From positions 1 through 21,357 of the forward strand of contig NW_021824424.1 in NCBI RefSeq assembly GCF_006345805.1: a stretch of 21,357 bases of DNA, read 5' to 3'. The DNA is from Octopus sinensis. Its lineage: Eukaryota. Of the stretch, positions 20,030-21,357 are shown in pieces. The notes beneath the pieces are model-generated. The model was not told where the DNA came from, did not search any database, and saw only the letters and a list, made by a program, of their open reading frames with translations. Within the stretch, counting starts at the first letter, position 1. The number at the start of each line of letters is the position of its first letter. The position numbers were made by a program, and so were the translations under genes.

Positions 20030-20291
20030 ATATTATATATATATATATTATATATATATAATATTCATAATATGCACACTAATAACTAGGTATGTAATAA
20101 CAAAGAAAGTATATAGAATGAGAGTGGAGATAGTGAGTGAGAGAAAGAGGATAAGCGAAAGAGAAAGAAACGACATAGAGAGAAAGATAGCAGGAATGAA
20201 AAATGGTGAAGAATAGAAGATCAGAATTATAGCAACAGGAGACATATAATAATTCGTAAAACTTACATATAACATATAACATATATATATA

Positions 20292-20322
<31 letters not shown>
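19450..20322. repeat. (TATG)/(TA)/(TC)/(GA)-rich compound microsatellite blocks
   Basis: Blocks at about 19455-19675, 19915-20070 and 20280-20322, with unique spacers. Confidence 0.85.
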
Positions 20323-20323
<1 letters not shown>

Positions 20324-20438
20324 GGTCTCGCCCCCCCCAAGGTCGCCCACTTTCCAGGCTCACTTGGAGCAACGCTACAATCTTCACCCTACAAACTACC
20401 CCCCCACGGACTTAACACAGCCCTCCTCTTGAGATCTG

Positions 20439-20465
20439 TTTTTTTTTTTTTTTTTTTTTTTTTTT
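20439..20465. repeat. Poly(T)27 tract
   Basis: Directly visible. Confidence 0.95.
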
Positions 20466-20469
20466 GGCA

Positions 20470-21357
20470 CACCACCCACGCACACACACCCACCTGCCTA
20501 CCACACGCACAACCCACCCCACATACCTCCACACCACACCCAACCACCACCTCCCCCACACGCATGTTCACACACACAACATACGCAGACCCATTATTAC
20601 GTACATACATTCACACATTTAATCACACACACTTACAGACATATAGCACACACTAACATACAACCAACATGCACATACACACACCATACATACATACGCA
20701 CACACATAAATACTTACACACACACACAACAACAGACATACATACACACATACACACACACATACATACGCACATACATACACACACACTCACACACACA
20801 CACACCGCACGTACATACTTCACAACACACACATGCAAACATACATGTAGGCACATACATACATACATGCCCACACATGCACACCCTTACACTGAATGCA
20901 CACACACATACACCTTTTTGCATCCAGGCAGCCCCCCCCCTCTTTTCTGCTTTCCGGTTTTGGCTGATGGATCTCGGTTCCCGCGTAGAGGGGCGTTCGA
21001 GGGCCCTTGCGCTCGCGCGCCTTGGCGCGCGTGAGGGCTTGGTCGGCCCCTTGGGCTTGCGTTGTACTGCTTGTGCGTTGTGTGCGTGAGCGCGCTTTGT
21101 GCGTGTGGCTTGCTTCGGATGTGCGCGCGTACGTATGTATGCATACATACCCACACACTCGCATGCATCCCTACCCACATACATACACGCACACCTACTC
21201 ACACACACACATACACACACATACCTGCACACACACACACATACATACATACACATACATACCTACTTCAGACATACACACAGACAGACATACACCCATA
21301 CACTCACACTCACACGCATACACACACACACATACACACGCACAAGTAACACATACA
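20470..21357. repeat. Highly imperfect (CA)/(CATA)-rich repeat with an embedded GC-rich patch (about 20925-21130)
   Basis: Directly visible. The irregularity suggests low sequence accuracy. Confidence 0.8.

Noticed and set aside
1-21357. CRISPR array, rRNA, prokaryotic operon or defence system
   Set aside because: No regularly spaced repeat-spacer units, no rRNA-like sequence and no dense ORFs. The window is eukaryotic repeat-rich DNA.

Overview
Gene-poor, repeat-dominated animal genomic DNA, very likely from an octopus or related coleoid cephalopod. This assignment is inferred from recalled octopus SINE sequences and the dense TA, CA, GAT and AAT microsatellites. A large share of the window is simple repeat, and almost all ORFs in the supplied track are microsatellite artefacts. 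The non-simple sequence is mostly decayed, nested transposon debris. It includes a 5'-truncated mariner DD34D transposon (9028-10203) interrupted by an RTE-type LINE 3' end, a Penelope-like RT fragment with YLDD intact (about 12240-12620), and a CR1-type LINE fragment (14296-15240) interrupted by a SINE with a degenerate 15-bp TSD. There are several copies of two tRNA-derived SINE families, and a Penelope-like terminal fragment carrying a minimal hammerhead ribozyme core (1701-1725). No host gene is recognisable by homology. Splice signals suggest a chain of short + strand exons (7295-7435, 8761-8856, 18215-18272, possibly 12179-12271 and 18704-18770), and a competing - strand exon (7229-7371) overlaps the first of these. 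A unique island at about 720-980 has a perfect RFX X-box plus E-box, ETS and octamer motifs. The last kilobase looks like error-rich sequence. I found no convincing novel multi-gene system. The best leads are the hammerhead motif, the unannotated exon chain with its antisense overlap, and the X-box island.
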